Shown here piece after piece: positions 1 to 9,496 of a stretch of 47,876 nt of DNA. The position numbers and the translations under genes were made by a program. The notes below the pieces were generated by a model that worked only from the letters and a program-made list of their open reading frames with translations, did not search any database and had not been told where the DNA came from. The stretch comes from Acidimicrobiia bacterium (GTDB taxonomy: Bacteria; Actinomycetota; Acidimicrobiia; Spongiisociales; ZC4RG35), in the NCBI GenBank assembly GCA_041746755.1, contig JBGTGL010000076.1, positions 1 to 47,876 of the forward strand, in the 5' to 3' direction. Every line of letters starts with the position of its first letter. The stretch's first letter is position 1.

Positions 1-1109
1 ACCCCACCACCGGTGCGATTCTCACGCCGATCCACCAATCAACCACTTTCGTCCAGGACTCAGTGGACGAGTACATGTCGAAGGGGTATTCCTACTCCCG
101 CGCGGGGAACCCAACGGTCCGCGCATTTGAGGAAAAGCTGACCGCTCTGGAAGGCGGTCTCGACGCCACCGCCTATGGATCAGGGATGGCAGCAACCGTA
201 GGTGTATTTCTCGCACTCCTTCAAGCCGGTGACCACATCGTCATCGGGGACGTGGTCTACGGCGGCACTTACCGATTCGCCGATCAGTTCCTCCGCAAGT
301 TCGGAGTTGAGGTCTCTTTTGTCGATGCATCCGATCTTGATTCTGTGAAACGGGCGATCACACCTGCCACCAAACTGATCTTCACGGAAACTCCGGCCAA
401 TCCAACCCTAAAGCTGACCAATCTCGCGGCGGTTTCTTCGATTTGCAATGAGGCCGGGATTTTTCACGTCACCGACAACACGTTCCTGACCCCTTATTAC
501 CAGCGTCCCTTTGAACTCGGCGCCGACGTGATCATCCACTCCACTACCAAGTTCCTCGATGGGCACAATGCGACCTTGGGTGGAGCCGTGGTCGTGAACG
601 ACGCCTCGTTGCAGGAGAAGATTGCATTCGCTCGCATCTCCGCTGGGTTGGTGATGTCTCCGATGGTCGCCTGGCTGACCCTCCAAGGTACAAAAACACT
701 GAGTGAACGGATGGACCGCCAATCGTCTAACGCCATGGAACTCGCCCGCTGGCTCCAGGGCCACAACAAAGTCGAGTACGTCAACTACCCGGGTCTCGAG
801 GAACACCCCCAGCACGAACTGGCCTCGACGCAAGCTTCCGGTTATGGCGCAATGGTGTGTTTCGAGGTCAAGGGTGGGGTTTCCTCCGGCAAGGCTCTGA
901 TGGATGCAGTCGAGCTCTGGACACTCGCCGAGAATCTGGGCGCCGTCGAGTCGCTGATTACCCACCCGGCCACGATGACCCACGCGGCCATCCCCTATGA
1001 AGCACGCGTCGGCGCTGGAATCACAGACGGGCTGGTCAGACTCTCGGTCGGCCTCGAAGACGCAGAAGACCTCATCGCCGCCCTCGAAAAAGCGCTCCAG
1101 ACTTTATAG
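1..1109 (+). CDS. Cys/Met-metabolism PLP-dependent enzyme (cystathionine gamma-synthase/gamma-lyase family), 5' end cut by the window edge
   Basis: Track ORF 63..1109, but the same frame is open back to nt 3 (PTTGAILTPIHQSTTFVQDS), which matches the N-terminal region of this family. PLP-lysine motif HSTTKFLDGH. C-terminal LVRLSVGLED. Confidence 0.85.
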   Translation, partial: PTTGAILTPIHQSTTFVQDSVDEYMSKGYSYSRAGNPTVRAFEEKLTALEGGLDATAYGSGMAATVGVFLALLQAGDHIVIGDVVYGGTYRFADQFLRKFGVEVSFVDASDLDSVKRAITPATKLIFTETPANPTLKLTNLAAVSSICNEAGIFHVTDNTFLTPYYQRPFELGADVIIHSTTKFLDGHNATLGGAVVVNDASLQEKIAFARISAGLVMSPMVAWLTLQGTKTLSERMDRQSSNAMELARWLQGHNKVEYVNYPGLEEHPQHELASTQASGYGAMVCFEVKGGVSSGKALMDAVELWTLAENLGAVESLITHPATMTHAAIPYEARVGAGITDGLVRLSVGLEDAEDLIAALEKALQTL

Positions 1110-1173
1110 ATCGCGAAACCGGGGGTATCGACCACCTGGCCTCGCAGCATTTTGAGTCCAGAAGGGACCGGAA

Positions 1174-1569
1174 GTGAAAGGCCCGAGCCTCAAACCAAAG
1201 GTGGTGATCAGCACGGGAGTTGGTCTCCTCGCCCTTGTTGTTTTGCTCTACTCAACGGGGCCCAACCCGGAAACAGAATTCTCCGGAAGCGTCCGCCGGA
1301 TGGGTGGTCCCTGTCTCACTCTGGAGCAATGGGGGCTGCTCGGGTGGACCACCATCGGTCAGACCACCTCGATGACTCAGGCGACAACTGGCAAATGGCA
1401 GGTTCCCTCTGATGAGCTCGGATGCGATGATGTCGAGGACAGCCTGATTCTTGTGAGATTGCCGATTGGTTCAAGGCCAGACTCATATCGAATTTGCGGG
1501 GTCGCCGACGACACGGCGTGTCTGACTCTGCAGCTGGTGCCATTCGAGTCCACCGGCCCCGGACCGTAA
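1174..1569 (+). CDS. hypothetical protein with N-terminal hydrophobic anchor/signal and several Cys
   Basis: Track ORF 131 aa with GTG start preceded by GAAGGGA. Hydrophobic stretch VVISTGVGLLALVVLLY. No recognisable family. Confidence 0.35.
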   Translation: MKGPSLKPKVVISTGVGLLALVVLLYSTGPNPETEFSGSVRRMGGPCLTLEQWGLLGWTTIGQTTSMTQATTGKWQVPSDELGCDDVEDSLILVRLPIGSRPDSYRICGVADDTACLTLQLVPFESTGPGP

Positions 1570-1579
1570 CGACGCGTCG

Positions 1580-2365
1580 CTAAACGCTGATCCTCTCTGG
1601 TCCCGTATAGAGGGTGAAGCTGCCATCTCTCAGAAATCCGATGAGAGTCATGCCGAACTCCTCGGCCAGGTCGACGGCAAGACTTGATGCTGCCGAAACG
1701 CCGCACACCAGTGAAATCCCGGCGACCGCTGCCTTTTGGACTATTTCGAAAGATACCCTTCCCGATACGAGGAGCCCCAAGGGTGGCAGCGGCCATGTTC
1801 TCCTGGAAAGAGCCCCCACCAACTTGTCGGTCGCGTTGTGGCGGCCCACGACCTCGCGCGCATCGACTCTTCGGCCATCTCGATCGAAAGCGGCGGCGGC
1901 ATGGAGGCCTCCAGTGGTGCGGAAGGCCGACTGCATCTCCAACAACAATGGTGGAAGTGACAGAATCGTTCCGGCATCGACCACGGGCCCTCTCGGTGGG
2001 TATGCACCTGCAACCCGGATGGCGTCGATCGACGCTTTGCCACAAACCCCACAAGAGGAAGTCGAATAGAAGTTTCGCTGAAAGAGACCGGGATCGACTT
2101 CGACCCCATCGACGAGACGGACATCCCACCTTCCCTCACTGAGATCTTCGATAGCAGCCACCTCCTCCGGGCCATCGATGATCCCCTCGGTAATCGCAAA
2201 ACCCAGGATCAGGTCGGCGTCATCGCCGGGCGTCCTCATCAGCACCGCTAAAGGTGTTCCCGCCAGCCGAATCTCGAGTGGCTCCTCGACGACCAGGTGG
2301 TCGTCGGCAGCTTTCATTCCGTCGCGGACGCGAAAAACTCGACGTTGGGTGGTCGCCTCATCCAT
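1580..2365 (-). CDS. fdhD: formate dehydrogenase accessory sulfurtransferase FdhD
   Basis: 261 aa with FdhD-type motif SSCGVCGKASID. It is the last gene of the FDH operon and overlaps the upstream gene by 8 nt. Confidence 0.85.
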   Translation of the reverse strand: MDEATTQRRVFRVRDGMKAADDHLVVEEPLEIRLAGTPLAVLMRTPGDDADLILGFAITEGIIDGPEEVAAIEDLSEGRWDVRLVDGVEVDPGLFQRNFYSTSSCGVCGKASIDAIRVAGAYPPRGPVVDAGTILSLPPLLLEMQSAFRTTGGLHAAAAFDRDGRRVDAREVVGRHNATDKLVGALSRRTWPLPPLGLLVSGRVSFEIVQKAAVAGISLVCGVSAASSLAVDLAEEFGMTLIGFLRDGSFTLYTGPERISV

Positions 2366-3281
2366 CGTTGCCGCCGTTCACATACGCCCACCCGAACCGG
2401 CCCTTGATACACAGGTTGCCCAAGGTCACATCGTGGTCGTGAGGTGAGGTCACGTTGACGATCTCCCCGTCCTGGGTGTGGATATCGAGATTGCAACCAA
2501 CACCACAATATGAGCACACGGTGCGGGTGACTTCTTGCCGTTCCTCGGCCCACGCTCCAGTCTCGCGCATGTCGTATTCGACTTTGCCCATCAATGCCCC
2601 TGTCGGGCAGACAGCAATACAGTTCCCGCAATAGACACATGCAGAATCAGGCAAGGCGACGTCGAATTCGGTAGAAATGTGGGCATCGAAGCCGCGGCCA
2701 GCAACCGCTATGGCGAAGGTGTTCTGATGCTCTACACCGCAAGCATCGACACATCGATAGCACAGGATGCAACGTGCGTAATCACGCACGTAGAGATCAT
2801 CTTCGATTTTCGCAGGCTCGGCAACACACTCCGCCAATCCAAGGGCACCCAGCGAGTGATGGCCCGGTTCGGGGGGAAGGCGCGAAGATGGAGGCGACTT
2901 GGGCCCGAAACGATCCGGATCTGCACCAACAACATCGATCCACCCGGCCACATCGGCCCCCGACCTATCGAGCTCACTGGCAGATCCCAGTAGTTCCATC
3001 ACCAAACGCCGGCTGTGTTCGGCCCTCGTCGAATTGGTGTTGATCACCATCCCTTCCTCGAGCACTCGCGAACAAGAAGGGATCAGAGTGCGGGAGCCTT
3101 CGACCTCGACCACACAGACGCGGCAAGCGCTGGCGGCGGTCATGGTCGGGCCAAAGCAAAGTGTGGGGATTTCTACACCTGCGTTTCGGCACGCATCGAG
3201 GACGGTGCTGCCATCGGGGATGGCTATCGCAAGCCCATCGACGGTCGCACTCACACTTCGTGAGGCAAATTCGGTAGTCAT
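2358..3281 (-). CDS. formate dehydrogenase Fe-S module (N-terminal part of an FdsA/NuoG-like alpha subunit, encoded as a separate gene)
   Basis: Likely start is ATG at 3281 (MTTEFASRSV), overlapping the upstream stop as ATGA. 2Fe-2S-type Cys (CRNAG..LCFG..ACRVC). Two ferredoxin 4Fe-4S motifs (CILCYRCVDAC, CVYCGNCIAVCP). MopB N-terminal cluster CSYCGVGCNLD...LCIKG, then the protein ends. Confidence 0.8.
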   Translation of the reverse strand: MTTEFASRSVSATVDGLAIAIPDGSTVLDACRNAGVEIPTLCFGPTMTAASACRVCVVEVEGSRTLIPSCSRVLEEGMVINTNSTRAEHSRRLVMELLGSASELDRSGADVAGWIDVVGADPDRFGPKSPPSSRLPPEPGHHSLGALGLAECVAEPAKIEDDLYVRDYARCILCYRCVDACGVEHQNTFAIAVAGRGFDAHISTEFDVALPDSACVYCGNCIAVCPTGALMGKVEYDMRETGAWAEERQEVTRTVCSYCGVGCNLDIHTQDGEIVNVTSPHDHDVTLGNLCIKGRFGWAYVNGGNDG

Positions 3282-5059
3282 TGCGACACCCCGGCGAGTC
3301 CCAGACGGATCGCTGACTGGATCGCCGAGGCCGCTGTCTGTCCTAGCCCACAAATCGAAGCGTCGGTCATCACCTTCGCCAGATCATCGAGACGAGCGCG
3401 TTCATCCTGAAGAGTCCCCAGCGTCCGCCCTTCGCTAATCCGGTGTAAGGCCTCCTCCTGGCGCACCGTCCCGATGCGACAGGGAACGCATTGTCCACAC
3501 GACTCGTCACGGAAAAACCGAGCAATGCGCTGCAATACCCGAACGAAATCGGTGGTCTCGTCAAAAACGACAATGGCACCCGACCCCAATGTGGTGTTCG
3601 CCTCGCGCACTCCCTCGAAGCTGAGCGGAATGGCTCCCATGCCTTCCGTAACGAAACTCCCCGCCGCTCCTCCCATGAGAACTGCACGTGTACCGCCGGC
3701 TCCAGATAGTTCGAGGAGTTCCCCCAGGGTGGTGCCGAAGGGGACCTCAAACACCCCGGGTCGGGCGACATCACCAGAAACACAGAACAACTTCGTCCCC
3801 TTCGACTGCTCTGTTCCGATGGAAGCAAAGGCCTCGGCCCCGATACTCAGAACTTCGAGGACGGCGACCAGGGTTTCGATGTTGTTGATCCCGGTGGGTT
3901 TCCCGAACAGCCCACTCTGGGTTGGAAATGGCGGCTTCTGACGGGGCTCACCCCGATAACCCTCGATCGAAGCGAACAACGCCGTCTCCTCGCCACAGAT
4001 GTAGGCGCCGGCACCCCTTCGCACCTCGAGGTCGAAGGCGAAACCGGCTCCTGCCACGTCATTGCCCAACAGGCCTGCCTCATATGCCTGTTCGATGGCG
4101 CCAACAAGTCGCCTTTCGGCCGTTGGATATTCACCCCGCACATAGATGTATCCGTGGTCGGCACCGGCTACGTACCCATAAACGGTCATCGCCTCGACCA
4201 CCGCAAACGGATCACCCTCCATCAAGACCCGGTCCTTGAAAGTCCCCGGCTCGGATTCATCGCCGTTGGCAACCACATATTTCTCGGTGCCCGAAGCATC
4301 TCTCAGGCCTCGCCACTTGGTGCCGATCGGGAAGGCGGCCCCACCCCTTCCCCTCAATCCGGAAGCCTCGAGTTCTGTGATCGTCGCTTCGAAACCCAAC
4401 TCCAGGGCCCTGCTCAAACCCAGGTAGCCTCCCGCATCTTGATAGGCAACGAGACTGGCCGGGTTGACCTCTCCGATCCGACGCAGCAGTCGCAACTCGG
4501 ATCGGTCCTGATGAATCACCGCACCGGGCAGGTCACCAATCGGGACCTCCCCGAGCCCTCGTGGCCCCACCGGGGCATCGGGCGTACACCCTTGCCCGGC
4601 AGCCTGATACATCACAGCCGGAGCCCGATCACACTGACCGAGACAGGGGCTCAGTTCGAATTCGAATGAGTGCTGCTCGGCTTGGGCCAAAACTTCGTCT
4701 GCCGCACGAGCGCAGACGATGTCGTCACAAACGTGTACCACCGGTTTTGCGCTCCGACCGGCGCGAAACAAGGAGTAGAAAGTGGCAACGCCGTATACCT
4801 CGGCGGGCGGCACCGTGAGCCGTTCCGAGATGTAGCCAAGAGCCCCCTGGGTGATACTGCCGGTGGCGTCCTGCACGGCATGTAGCGCCGGAAGCAGCAG
4901 GTGACGCCGGGCGCGAGCGGCTTGACCCCCGTAGGCGACATGGCCGTCCAAACGAGAGAATTCCCCACCGGTCCAGCCCGACTCGGGGGGACCGAGGACA
5001 AGGTCAACCGCCGATCGCTCCACCTCGTTCGGTTGGACGAGGAGTGAGCGGATGTCCAT
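3278..5059 (-). CDS. NuoE-like/NuoF-like fusion protein (FdsG-FdsB type NAD/FMN diaphorase subunit)
   Basis: Track ORF 3278..5488. The realistic start is ATG at 5059 (MDIRSLLVQ), which shares one nt with the upstream stop (TGATG). NuoE-type Cys VCDDIVC...SPCLGQC. NuoF motifs GLRGRGGAAFPIGTKW and ESCGQCVPCRIGT. Confidence 0.85.
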   Translation of the reverse strand: MDIRSLLVQPNEVERSAVDLVLGPPESGWTGGEFSRLDGHVAYGGQAARARRHLLLPALHAVQDATGSITQGALGYISERLTVPPAEVYGVATFYSLFRAGRSAKPVVHVCDDIVCARAADEVLAQAEQHSFEFELSPCLGQCDRAPAVMYQAAGQGCTPDAPVGPRGLGEVPIGDLPGAVIHQDRSELRLLRRIGEVNPASLVAYQDAGGYLGLSRALELGFEATITELEASGLRGRGGAAFPIGTKWRGLRDASGTEKYVVANGDESEPGTFKDRVLMEGDPFAVVEAMTVYGYVAGADHGYIYVRGEYPTAERRLVGAIEQAYEAGLLGNDVAGAGFAFDLEVRRGAGAYICGEETALFASIEGYRGEPRQKPPFPTQSGLFGKPTGINNIETLVAVLEVLSIGAEAFASIGTEQSKGTKLFCVSGDVARPGVFEVPFGTTLGELLELSGAGGTRAVLMGGAAGSFVTEGMGAIPLSFEGVREANTTLGSGAIVVFDETTDFVRVLQRIARFFRDESCGQCVPCRIGTVRQEEALHRISEGRTLGTLQDERARLDDLAKVMTDASICGLGQTAASAIQSAIRLGLAGVSQ

Positions 5060-6942
5060 CAGGAGACCGCCTCGACGCGCACAGCTGTTGCTTTGAACTC
5101 CGCGGTCCCAGACTTTGGATCCCACGCGTCGATCGTCAACACGTTGACATCGGTGTCGTCGGGAAAATGGACCGACATAAAGGCCAGCCCGGGGCGTAGT
5201 GACCGCTCGATCCGAACCGGAGCTTCGATACTTCCGCGTCGCGATGTCACCCTCACCCGCTGCCCCTCGGCCACACCAAGCGACACTCCGTCTTCCGGGG
5301 AAATATCGAGCACGCCATGAATGCGTCGCGGCGCCGAATACCGCCCGCTTTGTACTCCGGTGTTGTAGGAATCGAGACGACGCCCGGTGGTGAGCCGCAT
5401 GGGGAATTCCTCGGTGAGAGTGTCTACGGGAGCCGCCCACTCCACGGCGTGAAACGGCGCTGGCTCGCCCCCGATCGGACGCTCCCACAATCTGGCATGG
5501 AGATAGAGGGAACCGGGATGGGACTCATCAGGGCAGGGCCATTGCAGACCACCAGATTCTGCCAAGCGTTCGTATGACATTCCTCCATGCATGGGAGATA
5601 CCTGCCGGAGTTCATCCCACGCCTCCTCGGCAGACGGTGTCTGCCAGCTATGGCCCATTGCCCTGGCGAGCAGGGATAACAACTCGATGTCACCCTCAGC
5701 ATCACCCGGCGGATCAATTGCCTTCCGAACCCGTTGCACGCGACGCTCGCTCGAAGTGAAGGTGCCCTCGCACTCGCCCCACCCGGCCGCAGGAAGGACT
5801 ACGTCGGCCAACTCGGCGGTGGCCGTCAAGAAGATGTCCTGGACCACCATGAAGTCGAGATTCTCCAGCCTCCGTCTCATGTTTTTGCTGTCGGCTTCCG
5901 ACTGCAGCGGATTCTCACCGAGAATAAAAAGTGCTGTCAGGTCCCCCTCATCCATCGCCTCATGCATCTCGCTGATGTGCTTCCCTGCGCGGGACGGAAT
6001 CTCACTCCCCCAAACTGCTTCAAACTGAGCGCGGACCCGAGTGTCCTCGACATCTTGAAAACCGGGCAGCTTGTTGGGAAGGGCGCCCATATCTCCCCCG
6101 CCCTGGACATTGTTCTGGCCCCGGATCGGGACGAGGCCAGAGCCATAGCGGCCAACGTGGCCGGTTAGAAGTGCCAGATTGATCAAGGCGAGGACATTGT
6201 CAGTGGCGTTGTGGTGTTCGGTGATACCAAGCGTCCAACACAGTTGGGCAGTTTCGGCTGATCCATACTCATGAGCGAGTTGGCGAATCGCGTCGGCGGG
6301 GACCCGCGTAATTTCTTCGGCCCGACTCAAGGTGTATTTGTCAACGCACGCGGCGTAGTCTTCAAACCCGGTAGTGGCTGCTTCGATGAACTCCCTATCG
6401 ACCATCCGTTGTTCGATGATTTCACGACCTACCGCGTTGGCGAGAGCTATGTCGGACCCGACGTCTATCCCCAACCAAACATCAGCCCACTCTGCCGTAC
6501 CGGTACGCCGGGGATCGACGGCGAACATTCGGGCGCCGTTGTGAATCCCCTTGAGAGCATGCTGAAAGAAGATGGGATGAGCGTCGCGGGCGTTCGACCC
6601 CCACATGACGATGAGATCAGTCTGTTCGATTTCCTGATACGAACTGGTTCCACCACCCGCTCCAAACACAGCCGCCAGACCGGCGACCGAAGGAGCGTGT
6701 CAGGTGCGGTTGCAGCTATCTATGTTGTTGCTCCCCATCACCACACGGGCGAACTTCTGAGCCAAATAGTTGGTCTCATTGGTCGCCTTGGAGCAGCTGA
6801 GTAACCCGAATGCATCCCCGCGATGGGGAGCTAGACCCTCAGCAGCAACGGCAACCGCCCGATCCATCGAAGTTGGACGCAGGACGCCATCTTGACGAAT
6901 CAGCGGACGATCGAGGCGTGCGTAGTTGCGTTTCATCATCAC
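5059..6942 (-). CDS. fdhA: formate dehydrogenase molybdopterin catalytic subunit containing selenocysteine (UGA at 6700..6702 decoded as Sec)
   Basis: Track ORFs 6700..6942 and 5059..6669 are in the same frame, separated only by TGA plus 10 sense codons. The joined sequence reads NNIDSCNRT-U-HAPSVAGLAAVFG, like E. coli FdhF NNVDCCARVUHGPSVAGL. RGQNNVQGGGDMGALPN also present. Strong SD GGAAGGAGG, so the true start is probably ATG at 6939 or 6936. Confidence 0.85.
6669..6689 (-). promoter_or_regulatory. SECIS-like hairpin downstream of the Sec UGA
   Basis: mRNA sense CGGUCGCC-GGUCU-GGCGGCUG, starting 11 nt after the UGA. The 8-bp stem includes G-U pairs. The apical GGUCU matches the E. coli fdhF SECIS apex (GCAGGUCUGC). 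Confidence 0.6.
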
Positions 6943-7095
6943 CTCCTTCCTGAGCGTTGCATCGGAGAGTACAACGCCTCAGGCGAGGCGGCAGGGAGGA
7001 GAACCCTCACCCGGCGACGCTGACAACCCTGGGTTCGGAGCGTCGCCACCCGACGCTCACAGCCCACAGAACCCGGTTTGGTCAGACGCCCGGTG

Positions 7096-8616
7096 TTAGC
7101 CGAACTCGAGGCCCTGGGCGAGAGGAAGATCGTCTCCGTAGTTGATGGTCGTGGTCTGCCGGCGCATGTACGCCTTCCAGGCGTCGGAACCGGCTTCGCG
7201 CCCCCCGCCGGTTTCCTTTTCACCGCCGAAGGCGCCCCCAATTTCCGCGCCTGAAGTTCCGATGTTGACGTTGGCGATTCCGCAGTCAGATCCAACCGCG
7301 CTGAGGAACTTCTCGGCGTTGCGCATCGACTCGGTGAATATCGCTGAGGAAAGGCCCTGAGTGACACCGTTCTGGATTTCGATCGCCTCGTCGAGAGTTT
7401 CGAACTCCGTGACCCAGAGAATCGGAGCAAAAGTCTCCTGTTGGGTGATCGAGGCGCCCTTGGGCACCACCGCAATGGTCGGCTCGACGAAGAAACCGGG
7501 ACGATCGATGCGATTTCCACCAGTCACAACCCTGGCACCCTGTTCCCGCCCGATCTCCAGTGCGGTCATCATCTGTTCGATGGCTTGCTCTCCGGCCACC
7601 GGACCCATCAGTGTGCCAGCTTCTAGGGGATCGCCAATCGGGATGGTCTTGTAGGCCTCTGCGAGTCGGTCAATCATCTTGTCAGCGATGGCCCGATGAA
7701 CCAGAAGCCTGCGAAGTGATGTGCACCGTTGGCCGGCGGTACCGACCGCTGAGAACAGGGCAGCCCGTACTGCGAGGTCGAGGTCAGCATCATCCATCAC
7801 AATGACCGCGTTGTTTCCTCCGAGTTCGAGAATGCTCCGTCCCATTCGTTGCGCAACTGCGGGCCCGACGATCCGCCCCATGTTGCATGACCCGGTTGCA
7901 GAGATGAGTGGGAGGCGGGTGTCGTGATTCATCGCGTTGCCGACTGTCTTCCCATCGCCAACCACGAGATTGAACAGGCCCTCGAACCCTGAACCTTCCA
8001 TGACCTGGGCTGCGATCTTGGTAACAGCGATGGCTGTGAGCGGAGTCCGTTCCGACGGTTTCCAGACCACGGTGTCACCACAGACGGCTGCGATAGCCGC
8101 ATTCCAAGACCAGACGGCCACCGGGAAATTGAAAGCCGAAATCACGCCGACCGGGCCTAATGGATGCCAATGCTCATACATTCTGTGATCGGGGCGCTCC
8201 GAAGCCATGGTGTTGCCGTAAAGCTGACGGCTGAGACCTACGGCGAAATCACAGATGTCCACCATCTCCTGGACTTCCCCGATACCTTCGGGGAGGATCT
8301 TGCCCATCTCCAAGGTGACCAGAGCACCAAGGGTCTCCTCGTTGGCCCGGAGGGCATCGCCGAGCTTTCGGATGTATTCGCCTCGCTTGGGAGCTGGAAG
8401 CCTGCGCCACTTCAGGAAGGTCTCGGTGGAATTGGCGACCACCTTCTCATAGTCTCCAACCGAACCCATCGCCACGGAGGCGAGGACCTCCCCGGTGGTC
8501 GGGTTGACGACATCGATTGATTCGCCAGTCGCCGGTAGCCACTCGCCGGCAAAGACGCCTGAGTTGACTTCCTCGATTCCCAACTCTCCAAAGATTTGAT
8601 CTTTAGTCATCGTCAT
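7096..8616 (-). CDS. aldehyde dehydrogenase, ALDH7/piperideine-6-carboxylate (aminoadipate semialdehyde) dehydrogenase-like
   Basis: 506 aa. GEVQEMVDICDFAVGLSRQLYG (antiquitin-like), LELGGNNA (catalytic Glu), GTAGQRCTSLRR (catalytic Cys). Confidence 0.8.
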   Translation of the reverse strand: MTMTKDQIFGELGIEEVNSGVFAGEWLPATGESIDVVNPTTGEVLASVAMGSVGDYEKVVANSTETFLKWRRLPAPKRGEYIRKLGDALRANEETLGALVTLEMGKILPEGIGEVQEMVDICDFAVGLSRQLYGNTMASERPDHRMYEHWHPLGPVGVISAFNFPVAVWSWNAAIAAVCGDTVVWKPSERTPLTAIAVTKIAAQVMEGSGFEGLFNLVVGDGKTVGNAMNHDTRLPLISATGSCNMGRIVGPAVAQRMGRSILELGGNNAVIVMDDADLDLAVRAALFSAVGTAGQRCTSLRRLLVHRAIADKMIDRLAEAYKTIPIGDPLEAGTLMGPVAGEQAIEQMMTALEIGREQGARVVTGGNRIDRPGFFVEPTIAVVPKGASITQQETFAPILWVTEFETLDEAIEIQNGVTQGLSSAIFTESMRNAEKFLSAVGSDCGIANVNIGTSGAEIGGAFGGEKETGGGREAGSDAWKAYMRRQTTTINYGDDLPLAQGLEFG

Positions 8617-8993
8617 CGCGCAGCCACCACTTCCATCTCTACCAGGAACCCTCCCGGCAAGGCGCCAGCCTGGAAAGTGGACCGAGCTGGCGGTTCATCG
8701 TCGAAATAGGCTCCATATGCCTCGTTGACCTCGGCGAAAGAACCGATATCGGCAAGGAAAATGTTGGTTTTGACAATGTCGGAGTAGGACAGCCCGAGGT
8801 CGCCCAGGATGCTTCCGAGGTTTTGCATCACCCGGTGCGCTTGCGCCGTCACATCATCGGGTTCTCGTTCGCCGGTTGAAGGGTTGATCGCAACCTGGCC
8901 CGATACGAAAACGAATCCATTCGCCTCGGTGGCGACGGAGTAAGGACCCATCGGCTTCGGTGCCGACGGAGTGTTTGGGACGGTCTTGGGCAC
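8613..8993 (-). CDS. ridA: RidA/YjgF family reactive-intermediate deaminase
   Basis: 126 aa with typical RidA layout (PKPMGPYS...FVSGQVA...TNIFL...ARSTFQAGALP...VEMEVVA). 4-nt overlap with the downstream ALDH gene. Confidence 0.8.
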   Translation of the reverse strand: MPKTVPNTPSAPKPMGPYSVATEANGFVFVSGQVAINPSTGEREPDDVTAQAHRVMQNLGSILGDLGLSYSDIVKTNIFLADIGSFAEVNEAYGAYFDDEPPARSTFQAGALPGGFLVEMEVVAAR

Positions 8994-9055
8994 GAAAACT
9001 CCTTGTTGGGGGCGCGCAAATGCGGTTGGCGAAGTCTATCGGGTCGGGACGGGGT

Positions 9056-9418
9056 CTAGGAGAAGGAGTTGCCGCAGCCGCAGGAGCGAGTGACATTTGG
9101 ATTCTCGATGGCGAATCCAGCACCCATCAGTCCGTCCTTGTAATCGAGAACTGATCCCTTCACCATCTCGGCACTCTCTGGGTCGACAACAACCCTGATA
9201 TCGCCTGCTGCCTCGACGATATCGACCTCGTCGATCTCGCTGTCGAAGTACATCTCGTAGGAAAAGCCAGAGCATCCACCGGGGCGAACCGCCATCCGCA
9301 ATGCCAGACTGGTGTCTCCCTCAGCTGCGATGAGTTCGCCGATCTTGAGGGCGGCGTTGTCGGTGACAGTGACGACCTTCTGGGGCTGATTTGATTTGAT
9401 GCTTAAAACTTGTGTCAT
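9056..9418 (-). CDS. erpA: HesB/IscA/ErpA family iron-sulfur cluster insertion protein
   Basis: Track ORF 9056..9724. The family-length protein starts at ATG 9418 (MTQVLSIK). GGCSGFSYEM and C-terminal CGCGNSFS motifs. Confidence 0.85.
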   Translation of the reverse strand: MTQVLSIKSNQPQKVVTVTDNAALKIGELIAAEGDTSLALRMAVRPGGCSGFSYEMYFDSEIDEVDIVEAAGDIRVVVDPESAEMVKGSVLDYKDGLMGAGFAIENPNVTRSCGCGNSFS

Positions 9419-9496
9419 GATCTTGACCTCATTGTAACCGGCGTCCACCCTATTCAACCACCCCGGTAGGACGAATCTTCCATCTACCCTGAGAGT

